64,000 bases of DNA from Octopus vulgaris (Eukaryota). Under the pieces are notes generated by a model. That model was not told the DNA's origin and searched no databases. It worked only from the letters and a program-made list of their open reading frames with translations. How positions within the stretch are numbered: position 1 is the first letter of the stretch; each line of letters opens with the position of its first letter. Both the position numbers and the translations under genes were made by a program. The DNA is taken from the NCBI GenBank assembly GCA_951406725.2, contig OX597816.1, positions 102,300,001 to 102,364,000 on the forward strand, written 5' to 3'. Positions 24,839-38,391 of the stretch are shown in pieces.

Positions 24839-26069
24839 AATCAAAGGTATTCAAGTACCTATTATTCCGTCTTTTTGTTCATTTCTTCATCGTCTTCGTT
24901 GTCGTCGATGCGTTTCCACTTTGCCAAGGATGTTTCCACGGTTTTTGAAACCATGGGACCAATCATTCGTGAGTTCGATTAGTTTGTAGACAAAGTCACA
25001 AGCTCCATCACACAGTCTGCTCGGTCTTCACAGCTCCTTAACTGTGGTACAAATTGAAAAGGTTCCTTGCTCGTAGAGCGATGTTGAGTCTGCAGTCTGT
25101 CGTGATCCACCTTGATGCTTTCTCTCAGTGTGTGAGAAGCGATGACATAATCCTTAGCGAGATTGAATCCGTAGGCCGCATTTGAACTTAGAACACAAAA
25201 CATTGTGAAAGATATAGCATGGTAGCTCGTCTGATACTCTAACGATTTCATCAATACTTCACTATTAACTGGTTCTGTATATATCAACCCTGACAGGGTA
25301 AAAAACAATGCTGTCATAGCTGAAGTGTTATTGCTATTCTTGTAGTTATTCAGTCACAATAGTTTATCTAAAACTACAAGATCCAGTTTCTCCTTTTTTT
25401 TATGACATAGGATTTAAGACAGATTGGGCCGGTATATATAAAGGGTCGGGCGATCACGTACTGGTTTTCCTTTTTGGCTGTTATTAACCTTGTTGTCCCT
25501 GATTGGGTTGTGGAAGTTGGTGTAGTTATTGATAGAAGCAATGAAACTTGAGGTCGCGTTAAACACAAGGACTTCCGAAGCTAATAATAACCCAGTTCCC
25601 TATTCCTCTTGGTTAGTTTCACAATTGGAGATAAAACCCTCATCATCACTAACAAGATTTACTGAAGAATTTTAGTCGTAGTCTCACTAATCGGAAATGA
25701 CGAGACCAGTTGTTTAAATCGACGACAGCACATATAACTGGTACATTCTTTGATCGACTGCAGAACGACGAAAAGTAACGTTGACTTTGGATGAATTTAA
25801 GCTTAATCCAAAAAAGGGCCGGAACAGACTGCAAAAAGTTTTGCACGACTATATCTAACGATTTGGCCAATCTGAGATATGGTGATAACATTTGATGATT
25901 GTAACAATGAGGGTGGCGTTAGCGACGAATAACGGGATTATATTAATGAAGGTAGTGAATGTTGAAGTGGGTGTGTATTTGTGATGAAGGCATTGCTATT
26001 GTTGTTGATGGTGTTAGTAGTGAATGTGTTGCTGTTAGAATTAGAGATTAAAGTGAGGCTGTGATATGT
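24779..26069 (-). other. Probable host-gene exon (long 5'UTR-like sequence)
   Basis: 1.3 kb of repeat-free sequence bounded on the minus strand by acceptor TTTTTTATTTAG|AC (26070) and donor TTG|GTAAGT (24778); no frame open across it. Confidence 0.5.
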
Positions 26070-26335
26070 CTAAATAAAAAAAGCATAGATGACAAAAGTC
26101 AACTTGCCAGTTGAGTCACAAAGTGTGTGTGTTGGGGGGTATTGTGCGCGGGCGCAGTAGTGTGTGTGCTCGCGTGTGTGTCTATGTACGAGTTTGCGTA
26201 CTTGTGCGTGTTTACGTGTACTTAACTGAGTTTATCCAGATACGTACTAACTGATATTGTTTGAGCTTGAGTTTATCAAGTAATTTCAACAGACACACGC
26301 ATACACCACACACACACACACACACACACACAAAT

Positions 26336-26366
<31 letters not shown>

Positions 26367-26715
26367 CACGCACACCACTCAAGTGACATTTGTCTGTGAT
26401 GTCTGTGCTTTTCTTGTTTGGATTTTCAACTTTTAGCATACACTCACACACTCACGCATAGCTTCACTAACGCACCTGCGCACTTGTACGCACCAACGAG
26501 AATTGTGAATGATATTAAAGGCCTTTTCCCTAACGAAGAGAAGAGCCTCAGTAAATGACTGGTACCATCTATTTTATGGAGCTGCTCTTCAAATTGACAA
26601 TGATTGAATTTGAACGCGGAATTATTAATCAACTAATAGCAACAAAACCGCAACTTCATCATTTACCCATAACGCGCAGACACAAATACACACACGCACA
26701 CATACATACATACGT

Positions 26716-26889
26716 GTGGTATGAGGCTTACTTCCCAACCACGTGGTTTCAGGTTCAGTCATAGTGCGTAGCACCTTGTGCAAGTGTATTCTACTATAGC
26801 CTCGAGCCGACCAAAGCCTTGAGTGAATTTGGTCGAGGGAAACTGAAAGAAACCTGACGTATACGTGTGTGTATTTCTCTTTCTCTCTC

Positions 26890-26959
<70 letters not shown>

Positions 26960-27300
26960 CGTGTGTGCATGTGTGTGTGTGCGTGTTGTGTGTGTATATG
27001 TGTGTGAGTATGCGCATGTGTGTGTTTGTGTGTGTATGTCTGAGTGTTGCGTGTGTGTGCGTGTGTACATGTGTGTGTCTATGTTTGCGTTTGTCCGCCA
27101 CCCTCGCTTGACAACCGATGTTAGTTTGTTTATATCCTATTACTACGCGATTTCGAAAAAGAGACTGCTAAACTAGGTACCAAGATTTTAAAAAAATATA
27201 AGTAGTGGGGTCCAGTTGTTCAACTAAAACCCTTCAAGGCCTTGCTTCAGCATGGCCGCAATCTAATGACTGAAACAAGTAAAAGATAAAAGTAAAATAA
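26716..27300 (+). mobile_element. SINE family B with expanded internal microsatellite
   Basis: Head 26716-26860, (TA)/(TG) tract to ~27090, tail CATGGCCGCAATCTAATGACTGAAAC. Confidence 0.85.
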
Positions 27301-28349
27301 ATATATATTCCTTCTATGCTACTGCATGTGTAAAATATAGGGAAAAATCCCTAATGAATCATTTAACGTTCTGTTGACCGCTCCTCAAAGAAGACATGCC
27401 CTGGTTTCTTTACCAATCAATAGTATATGTCATTTACTACAAAAAAAACAAACAAACAAACAAACAAAAAAAAAAAACAGAAAAAAACCCAAACAAACAA
27501 AAACCCATAAAATACGAATAGAACCGTGGTGGATAGCCTAATTTGCAGACTTGTACTTTTAACATTTCAGCATTGATTAAACGATGTATAATTTCTGCAT
27601 AACACAGCGCAAATCAGAACTAAAATAAACTTAAACTTTATAAAGTCTTATTGTAGGTTAAATGTAAATGTAAACCCATTCCTTTTGTGCTGCTCATTAA
27701 ATATTGCAGCTTATCTATGTTAGTGATTGGAGAGAGAAGCCAGTTCAGTCTTATCTGAAGATCGCCGAATGAACAGTCAAACAGTTTGTCAGGGACTCTC
27801 TCCCCGTATTTGACGAACATCAGTAGAATAGAAAATAAAACGGGGTTACATTCTTCTATAACTTACAATGAAGATTTATAATGGTTGAATATGTTTTATT
27901 ACACACCATCACACACATAAGGGGAAAACATCGGAGATTCGGTTACAAGATATCTTTTATCATGTCATAAATTACATAATCTTTACAAGCGTTTCATTAA
28001 CATACACTAGTATGTTATGCAGTAGACTGTTGCAAAATCACCTTATAATTCCAGCTCATCAGAGAAATAAAGTAATTTAATCTATTGTTGATGACCAATG
28101 TCAGTTGGTAGGTAGATCCAACCTGAGAACTGCCTACTACAAGTCTTAGATATACACTCTTGTAATCTAATCAAATGAATATAACATCGAACGAAAACCT
28201 GAGGACAGATCAGGTTTAATATCTGTTCGAATGTTGGCCATACGTGGATTAACCTGAAGTTCTACGCAACTTTTCAACACACACACACGCACACAAGCGC
28301 GCGCACGCAACACTCACAAACACTCACAATATATATATGTATATACACA

Positions 28350-29327
28350 CAGACATGACGGAAGTGATTAGACACCTCAGAACTTGTAATGGCTTATATT
28401 TTTTATTAGTTGATATTTCTACATTTTAGGTTCTATATGTGACTGTTTAACCATACAATATACAAAAGAAGCCTTAGAACTGTTTGAATTTCAAAGAGGC
28501 GGTATTGTGGGTCATTCTGAAAGTAGACACAGCATAAAATCGCAGAACACCTTGAGATTCCGCTTTCTACAGCTAATAGAGTGATTGTGCAATTCACCAG
28601 AAAGGCGAAGGGGCCCACATCACCTTGCTCAGATCAACCAGGGCCCCTTAACAGAACCTCGTTGCAAGGCCTCTGACATAGCAGAACAAGTTGGTGTCAG
28701 TCCCAGAACAGCTGTCAGGTATTTCCACAAATTTAGTTACCATGGTAGAGCAGCAAGAACGAAGCCACTTCTTTGACCAATCAATGTCAAGCAGAGAAAA
28801 GATTGGGTCAGTGAGATGATGGAGAGGCCACTAGCATTTTGGGACACTGTCATATTCTCTGACGAGTCCAGATTTGCTGCATTTTCTGACAGTGGTCGAA
28901 TGTGGGTCTGGAGACTCTGTGATCAAAAGTTTAATGTGAAAAGATTGCAGCCAACAATTAAAATGACTGAAGATTTGTTGGATGAGAATGACAATAAGCT
29001 TCCATGGCCAAGCCAGTCACTAGATATGAACCTTTTTGAACACCCCTGGGACATAATAGACAGGACACTTCATAAAAAGAACCAGAAAGCATCTTCAAAG
29101 CCAGATCATTTGAGATTACAGCATGAAGCTTGGCAAGAAATTCGGCAAGAGTATATTCGTCATCTGATCAGTAACATGCCTAACAGGGACCTTTAATTAA
29201 AAAATGCAAAGGGCATGTCTACTAAATACTAAATATTCAGATTACAACAATTAATAATTTGAATATATAATTTCGGATTTAAATAAATTTTATGATTATA
29301 AGGGTGTCTATTTACTTCTGTGACGTG
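28350..29327 (+). mobile_element. Internally deleted Tc1-like transposon
   Basis: Peptides WDTVIFSDESRF and LPWPSQSLDMNLFEHPW; imperfect TIRs GAAGTGATTAGACACC / GGTGTCTATTTACTTC. Confidence 0.9.
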
Positions 29328-29357
29328 TGTGTGTGTGTGCGTATATATGTATATGTG

Positions 29358-29407
<50 letters not shown>

Positions 29408-29421
29408 CATGTGTGTGTGTA

Positions 29422-29510
29422 TAGTTAATCCAAACGTGAACAAAGAGAAAACACAACAACGCGAGGACGTGGAACAAGTATAGTGTTATTGGACGCTTAG
29501 GAAAGGAAAG
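29422..29510 (-). mobile_element. Partial copy of the 21226-21440 cassette (hammerhead part missing)
   Basis: Reverse complement of ~21350-21440, abutting (TA)n. Confidence 0.8.
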
Positions 29511-29612
<102 letters not shown>

Positions 29613-30135
29613 CGTGAGAGATGGAAAGAGAAATAAGGATGGAGAAAAAAAGCAATGAATATTTTTGATAAATAATATAAATATATGTATGTATGTGTGC
29701 ATGTATGTGTGCATGTATGTATGTATGCATGCATGAATGGAAGTATGTATATATGTATGCATGAATATGCATGTATGTAACAACATATATTTTTCGACAC
29801 TCTCACACATACACACAAAGCTTCCATATATCAATAACTGGTCAGACTCTGATAGTTTTACAAAACATTGATAGTTTCTTTTGTAATAAAAGATTTCTCA
29901 TAGCAGAGAATTAGAAGCTTTGTGTGCTTGTAGGATTGATGCATATATGCGTACGCGATGAACACAAATCACACACACACACACACACTGGCATGCTGAT
30001 ATACATAGATAAGACATCGACATAGAGAAGCTCCATACGAATAGATACTGATACTCATACGTACTTATATACTGAGGCATAGATATACACACCCACATTA
30101 AAAGTCATACGCACACATTAAAGCACAATAGCCCA

Positions 30136-30178
<43 letters not shown>

Positions 30179-30329
30179 ACTAACACCAACGCATACGCTC
30201 ATTCTAACAGTCTTGATAAAAGTACAATACCAAACAATGTAGTCTTTATATTATTGCTATATTTATTGATTGTTATGTATAATTATTGTTATATTTATTA
30301 AATATATTTCTCTGTGGTACAAGAGCACT

Positions 30330-30393
30330 CACGACGACAACTACGACCTCGACGATGACAACGACGACGACGACGACCACCACCACCACCACC

Positions 30394-30424
<31 letters not shown>

Positions 30425-30680
30425 CTTTCATCATCATCATCCTCATCACTAGTATTACTGCCATCGTCACCATAACCACTATCATCACCACTTTCACCAC
30501 CAACACCCCATCACCATCACCATCACCACCACCACCACCACCACCACCATTACCACTATCAGCATCACCATCACATTCACTACAATCACGACCACGATCA
30601 CCACCATCACAAGTAACAACATCAATACCACTTGCGGCACCATCACTACTACCACAGCTACTACTACTACTACTACTACA

Positions 30681-30717
<37 letters not shown>

Positions 30718-31175
30718 GGACGATGACAACGATCATATCCACCACCACCACCACCACCACTACTACTACCACCATTATCTTCCTCCTCCTCCTCATCATT
30801 ATTACAACCAGCCATACTAACACTACTACCATTATCACCACCACCATCGCCACCACTACTCTCATCGCCATTGCATCCCCGCCACAACATCACCACCGGC
30901 ATACCATGAATATCGTTTCTATCTCTTCCATCACCAATATTACTATAACCACCACTAACAGTTGGGTTCCCTCACTACAACCATCATCAATATTATTACC
31001 ATAACTGCAATCAACATAACCACCACTACGAGAAGCGCCATCACAAGTACTACCACCACTAAATAAAGAAATCAAGTACTACCACCACCACCACCACCGC
31101 CTACGCCGCCGACGCCACCCCCGCCGCCGACGCCACCCCCACCGCCGCCGCCGCCGCCGCCACCCCCGCCGTCAT
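30330..31175. repeat. Compound triplet repeat tract (GAC/CAC/CAA/CAT/CTA/CCG)
   Basis: Successive trinucleotide runs; homopolymeric ORFs in most frames. Confidence 0.9.
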
Positions 31176-31406
31176 CAGTAGTTTCACTGGCATCGCCAGC
31201 ACAGCGACCTTTTGTATTGTAAATTTTGCTGTTATTGAAATTATTCACATTTTTATTGGAATTCATCAATTTTTCAATACAATAGGTCGGTTGAATGTAT
31301 GAAAGAAGGAGAATCTTAATGACGGCGCTCCGAGTAAAAATAAACTTAGTTGACCTCTTTTTAACAGAACGATAGTCTCATGACGACTCACTATGACAAA
31401 TATATA

Positions 31407-31488
<82 letters not shown>

Positions 31489-31749
31489 CATATGCATATA
31501 TATATTCGTTCACACACACTTACACATATAGGTTGATGTAAAACGATATTAATCTATTTTAAAGTAATTTATCTCAGCTAAATTTTCATTAATCAAAATC
31601 TACACATTTTAGCCACATAGAATTAAATATATTTATTGCGGAATCTTGGAATCCTGGAAGAGAAGAAAATTTTGAAAGGCTTCTTGTTGCTTGGTTGTTG
31701 AAGATCTTTTACATGACGTTATCAAGATCCTCGAAAAAGTGGTAGTCAC

Positions 31750-31906
<157 letters not shown>

Positions 31907-31989
31907 GAGATTAAGGTCTCCTAGCCTAATTTGTTAAATTTCTTTCTGTAGTGTCATTTACGAGAAATATTGTCAAGTGTTGTTATGGA

Positions 31990-32824
31990 CGAAAGCTGGT
32001 TCTTTCAATTAACCATGTTATACGTGTAAGGCTTGCCGTTCTTTGATTTCCTGGCAATACTTCTCCGTGGATGTGGTTTTGCCAAGATTCAAAGAAATAA
32101 CAGTGGATTTCTTGAATCTTGGTGTGAAACAACAGTTTCTTTTGATGCAGCTTTGGTTTGAGAAAGCATTTTGGTCAAGCCATTGTACGGAACATTGTCG
32201 TACGTAATCCACTTTTCGTCACATGTTACGGCGGTCAAGAAATGAATAGATTTTGTTGAGTATAAGCACGTGAAAAGTAGACTTTGTAATGGTTTTATTT
32301 CATCCAGTATAAGCAGTATCCATTTACTGTGTTTTGGCTTACAGTGTGATGCAAAATATCGGACATTTAAAAGACGTTTAATTCTTCTGCAATCTCTCGA
32401 GTTGTTCTGTTTGGGTTTGCTTCAGTAATGGACCCCCAGTTGGTCGTTGTCAACAATGGAATTTCGTTCGCGATTTTTCACACCTTCAAAGTTCTCCTCT
32501 CCCCTATAAAACATTTGAAAGTAATGTCGAACTGAGCTTTGTTGATTTTCTTTTGACAAAATACATGGTCGGTGTTGCGAGCAATTTCCGCTGCTTTGCG
32601 ACCCAATCGAAACTAATACAATAACATCACACGAATTTGTTTTTTATTCCTGATAGCTTAAAATAAGCAAAAATGAGCATTGAAAGTAAAACCTGTAGTA
32701 CAAATCAATAGACAAAAATCTGCGCTTCAAAATGGTATATTGCATGAGCATAGTTTATTAAAAGTTTATTCCAAATGAAACATCAAAATTTAAAATAACA
32801 AAAACAACATTTATTTTTGCACTG

Positions 32825-32829
<5 letters not shown>
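31990..32829 (-). mobile_element. Decayed mariner transposon (Hsmar1-like TIR)
   Basis: Minus-strand fragments KPKLHQKK and LNLGKTTSTEKYCQEI; terminal TAGATCAGTGCAAAAATAAAT. Confidence 0.7.
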
Positions 32830-32908
<79 letters not shown>

Positions 32909-32911
32909 CTT

Positions 32912-33134
32912 GTACTCTTTTACATCTTCAGTCATTTGACTGTGGCCATGCTGGAGTACCGCCTTCAATCGAGCAAATCGAATCCAGGACTTATTTTTTC
33001 TAAGCCTAGTACTTATTCTATCGGACTCTTTTGCCTATCCGCTAAGTTACGGGGAAGCAAAAATACCAGCATCGGTTGTCAAGTGATGTTGGGGTGGAGG
33101 GACAAACATAGACACACAAACATATACACACATA

Positions 33135-33176
<42 letters not shown>

Positions 33177-33346
33177 CATATATACGACGGGATTCTTTCA
33201 GTTTCCGTCTACCAAATCCACTCACAAGGCTTTGGTCGGCCCGGGGCTATAGTAGAAGACACTTGCCCAAGGTGCCACGCAGTGGGACTGAACTGGGAAC
33301 CATGTGGTTGGGAAGCTAGCTACTTATCACACAGCCACTCCTGCGC

Positions 33347-33347
<1 letters not shown>
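32912..33347 (-). mobile_element. SINE family B inserted in (TCTA)n
   Basis: Full-length copy with (TCTA)n on both sides. Confidence 0.9.
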
Positions 33348-33432
<85 letters not shown>

Positions 33433-34089
33433 GTGTGTGTGTGTGTGTGTATGTTTAGCTGGTGTTTCTTGAATCGGTTCTCTGGGTTTCACTGTGCCTT
33501 TTATTCGAACGATTGAGAAGGGGAGCAGCTTGACAATATATAAGAAAAATATTTGTAAACGGTTCAAAATACGATTAATCATGGAAATTTGATTGGTTGC
33601 CAAACCCACCGCCGGCGCCACCGCCGATGCCGCCGCCGCCACCACCACCACCACCACCAAAACACGTTAGAAAATGCGTCGCACAATTATCCATTTAATT
33701 ATGAAATATTCAGAACACGTGATATTTTCTTGTCTTCATTGTAATATGTGTAAAACACTTACTATGTTTAGAATAATTTATATATTTTCATAACTTTAGT
33801 ATTAGGCATAAAAACAACAAAAACAAGGACTATTGTTATAAATTGTTTAGTGCTGAAGACAACGGAAAAATTTTTTTTTTCCAGTGTGCGACCATCTTTT
33901 AAGATATGGCAAATCTATTGATGTAAAAAATAAACTATTTTCTCTATTTGGTAGTCGGAAATTCCTCAGTGAATATCACGGAAGTCTCTGCAAAAATATA
34001 TCAATTCAGATCTTTAGTTCAAAATTGCAAACGATTGGAGACATTAATATAGAAGAACGCATGTTCTTCTATATAGGCCGGACTATAGA

Positions 34090-34670
34090 ATAATTGAATA
34101 ACGAATTAAAAATCAGCTCTAGAGTTGTAAATATTATCGATCACACATACTCAATGCATGTGTTTTGTCTGTTCGTCAGTTTGTTGCTCTATAGCACCAG
34201 GGTAAGATTCCCTCATTACGCTGGGTGTTAAAACACTTGAAAATCATAGTCAGGTGAGACAACTAGCCTCCGATCCATATCAGGAGTGATGGATACCGAT
34301 ATTTCGCTATTTATGTGGCTTACCAACACCACGTACTTGAATCGAACCGGAGACGAATCGAATCGCCAGTCTGTGACTATACATAAGTAGTGTAAAAATT
34401 ATTTGCACGTATACCAGGGCGATGCATATACGTATAATTAAATTCAATAACGAATTAAAAGCAGCGCTTGTCTTGTAAACATTATCAACCGAACATACTC
34501 AATGTATGTTCACCGGTTCGCTGCAGATAGCGCTCTGGAGACTACTCCATCTTAGCACTGGATGTTAAGACACCCGAAAGTCATAGAGGGGAGAAACAAC
34601 TCGCCTCCGATCCCATTCATCCAATTCAAGAGTGATGGATGCCGATATTTATCCATTTTTTGTGGCTTAT
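34090..34670. repeat. Diverged tandem duplication (~230-bp block, ~349-bp period)
   Basis: AATAACGAATTAAAA, ACATACTCAATG, GCCTCCGATCC, GAGTGATGGAT.CCGATATTT and TGTGGCTTA recur in order. Confidence 0.85.
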
Positions 34671-35369
34671 CATGCAATAACCTAAATCTGGATGGTCTTC
34701 CCTGACAATAGAAGATGATATCAAAGGAAAGTGCATGATAAGATCCGTAAAATTTGTACTGAAAGGTGAACAAAAAGAAGACCCGAGTCACAGTAAGTTA
34801 AGAGTCGACATAGAAAGAGACCATATAATGGTTGAAGTCTGAGGCATGAACTTAGAAAACCTGGATGCTGTGCTATAATGCATCTACTCATCGAGGCAAA
34901 AGTTAAGATGGTAAAGAGGCGTAAGATACAGTGTAGAAGATAAAATTGTTATGGGTGCTTCTTCCTTTCCGCATTGGCAGATGTTTTTCTTTTATTTATT
35001 GTATTATACTTTTATGAAAAAACAATGCAATTTCATTCTTGGCTCATATTTAGTTACATATGTTCCTTTCCCGTTTGAGTTGTAATTCTGCCAATCCTAA
35101 ATTTAGTAAGAATACCAAGTGTTGATTCAATCAATATCATTCCTTCCCAAGAAATGGTTGTATCATTGAAAAGTTTTCTTCGCAACTATGTGGCTCCGAG
35201 TTCGATTCCTCAGTGCTGCACTTTAGAAAAGTCGCCTCTGCAATAGACTCGGGTCAACCAAAGTATTTTAAGTAAAACTTAGTAGACAGAAACTGCGTGG
35301 AAGCCCAGGGGAGGGATCATTCTTGCTCATTATTCACAGTTCGTTTTAATACTATTTAATACTTGATTC

Positions 35370-36053
35370 AAGGCGGCAAGCTGGCAGAAACGTTAGCGCG
35401 CCAGGCAAAATGCTTAACGATATTGTCCTTGTTTGTCCCCTCTATGTTTAGCCCCTTGTGGGTAATAAAGAAATGAGGAACGTTTGCATGCCGGACGAAA
35501 TGCGTAGCCGCATTTCATCTGCCGTTACGTTCTGAGTTCAAATTCCACCGTGGTCGACTTTGCCTTTCATCCTTTCGGGGTCGATAAATTAAGTACCCGT
35601 TACACACTGGGGTCGATGTAATCGACTTAATCCGTTTGTATGTCCTTGTTTGTCCTCCCTGTGTTTAGTCCCTTGTGGGTAGTAAAGAAATAGGTATTTC
35701 GTCTGTCGCTACGTTCTGAGTTCAAATTTCGCCTTTGCTTTTCATCCTTTCGGGGTCGAATAAATAAGTATCAGTTACGCACTGGGATCGATATAATCAA
35801 CTTAATCCGTTTTCCTGTCCCCTCTGTGTGTAGCCCCTTGTGGGCAGTAAAGAAATAAGAAACGTTAGCACGCCGAGCGAAATGCATAGCGGTATTTCGT
35901 CTTTATGTCCTGAGTTCAAATTCCGCCGAGGTTGACTTTGTCTTTCATCCTTTTGGGGTTGATAAATTAAGTACCAGTTACGCACTGGAGTCGATATAAT
36001 CGACTGGCCCCTTCCTCCAAAACTTCGGGCCTTGTGCCTAGAGTAGAAAAGAA
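35370..36053 (+). mobile_element. Multimeric SINE family A insertion
   Basis: One head followed by several partial body/tail units; 17-bp direct repeat tatttaatacttgattc at 35353-35369 and 36054-36070. Confidence 0.9.
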
Positions 36054-37030
36054 TATTTAATACTTGATTCTTTAATGTTTTTCCCTTCTCCCTTTCTCCC
36101 ACTAATCCCAGAGTTTATGAAAAAGAACCAAAGGCGCTGACCTAATTTTTTTTTTATCTCATCCATAAAAATCTAGAAATTAAAAAGATATATTAATTGA
36201 TAGCAAGCACAGAAGAAAAAAAAATTGGTAGCTAAGTAGCTGAAACTGCAACACGGTTTCGATATCCGTTTAAATCCGCTCACTTTATTCATGCTCCAAA
36301 ATATAAAACATTTTCTTTTGGGTGGGACATAAACAATATACTGCTTACTTATGATTCTTCTCAGATAGTGGAACTTTTATTTTTACTTGTCAAGATATAC
36401 TAATAATGTTGTTCTAGTTCTTGTTTGAATTCAGGCCAGCCATGACTGAGCGGTTCAATGATCAAAGGCGTTCCAGCCATAGCTATACCGTCTTAATTTT
36501 AGACAAAATATGCATAGGACTACATAGCTGTATATGTTTCTATATATTTTTGTTAAGGCAATATGTCTCCTTTGATGTGTAAACCGTTCATGGCACGATT
36601 AATGCAGCCTCATCTTCATCAGTTACGAAGCTCATTAGAGCATTCTTTCGTATAGAGCTATGTTCATACTTGTTTATATAATAAAGCAGATCTTGACGTT
36701 GGCAATAGTCACACGGGCAAGAGAATTGCTGTTTCATATGATTGGAATATTTCATTGATGCAACATTAATGTTGACTGAAACAACAAAACAGTCGATTAA
36801 ATATTTATTGAGTATAATGAAAAAATAATTAGCTGTTATTTGTTTTTATGACTTTCATTTAAGTTATTTTACTATCTCAGAAAGTAATTTCATCATTATG
36901 ATATCCGGAATAACAAGATAAATCATTTACTCCCCAGGGTTAAACATATAATTCCTTTATTTCGGTAATAATATTTTTCATTTGTTTCAGTGGTCAATAA
37001 AATTCTATCTATGAGTATGGTACGGTAATC

Positions 37031-37090
<60 letters not shown>

Positions 37091-37096
<6 letters not shown>

Positions 37097-37403
37097 GAAA
37101 GAATGGGATAACAAAGCCAAGGCTGTGAGGAGTTTTCAGAACATTTATAAGGAAATAGTCTTACAGCTGTTTCTGGGATATTATGGATATCCCTTCATTA
37201 GAGACGGCGTGAGAAGGTTAAATAGAAGAAATATTTGAGTTCGAATTATTATGGAAAAGGAGGAGATAGGGAATGTAGAGGGAATTAAGAGAATGAAAGT
37301 AGAAATAAGATATATAAAGATATTGTAGTACAGCCGTAAGGATATTTCCTTATAAATGTCCTGAAAACTCCTCAAAGGCTTGGTTTTGTTATCTCATTCT
37401 GTT
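37091..37403. mobile_element. Penelope-like inverted pseudo-LTR cassette
   Basis: 71-bp inverted arms 37100-37170/37330-37400 (8 mismatches), abutting (TA)n, hammerhead on minus strand. Confidence 0.65.
37158..37205 (-). ncRNA. Type I hammerhead ribozyme motif with G5A change (CUAAUGA)
   Basis: Minus strand GTCT-CTAATGA-A-GGGATAT(CCATA)ATATCCC-A-GAAA-CAGCTGT-A-AGAC: stems I and II, palindromic ACAGCTGT, GUA triplet. Confidence 0.75.
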
Positions 37404-37483
37404 ATGTGTGTATGCTAATACAAGACCCACATTAGACTCCTCACTCTTATCATGATCGAATCAAGAATTTAACTACGGTCTGT

Positions 37484-37554
<71 letters not shown>

Positions 37555-37632
37555 GAGAGAGAGAGAGGGAGAATTATTCACAAAACACAAAAGACAACAA
37601 ACAGATGTATTACGCTCAGGAAGGGAAAAAGT

Positions 37633-37668
37633 CTTTAACGTTTCGAGCCTACGCTCTTCCACAGAAAA
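37633..37668 (-). ncRNA. Hammerhead-like motif (CUGUGGA core) in cassette 37565-37690
   Basis: Minus strand TTTT-CTGTGGA-A-GAGC(GTAG)GCTC-GAAA-CGT-T-AAAG. Confidence 0.6.
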
Positions 37669-37688
37669 GAACACAGAAAGAAGCAAGG

Positions 37689-37754
<66 letters not shown>

Positions 37755-37892
37755 ATATTATAAACTTCCGAGAGATCGTGAAATAATCCTTTTTTGGAAT
37801 AATGGTTCTCGAAACACACAACTATATAAAGAATACCATATCCCATTCAACCCAGTATTTACGTGCAATTCCACTCATTATTCCAGATTAGG

Positions 37893-37926
<34 letters not shown>

Positions 37927-38391
37927 CATACTTTTGCACGTCGAACATATAAGAATTATTGAATATTAGATGGGTGACCCTTTATGTATACCAGTATATA
38001 TTCTTAATAGAATGTAAAAAAGTTGTGTATTTGTGCATAAATGATACAATTATAGTTTATACACGGACGTTTTGTACCTTTTTTATATGAGAACTTACAG
38101 ACATTCCTGCGCAATTTACTTCTTGTGAATTGACACGGATGCAGGAATATATTAAAGATTATTGTGGAATTTTAGGTGTCAGCCTGCGTGTGATTGCGCT
38201 GGTGTGTATCTATATATATATATATACATGCAAGCATAAATGCACGCACACACACACACATAAACACACACACATACATATTTTTACATATATCTATGTA
38301 TATATATGTATGTGTGTATGCGTATGTGCATGCTTCTGTGTAGATACATACATTCAAACGGTCTCACGCAGATGTATGTTATATATATATA

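Noticed and set aside
30273-31004. Poly-T/P/G/S/V ORFs
   Set aside because: Compound triplet repeats open in most frames; no domain or splice evidence.
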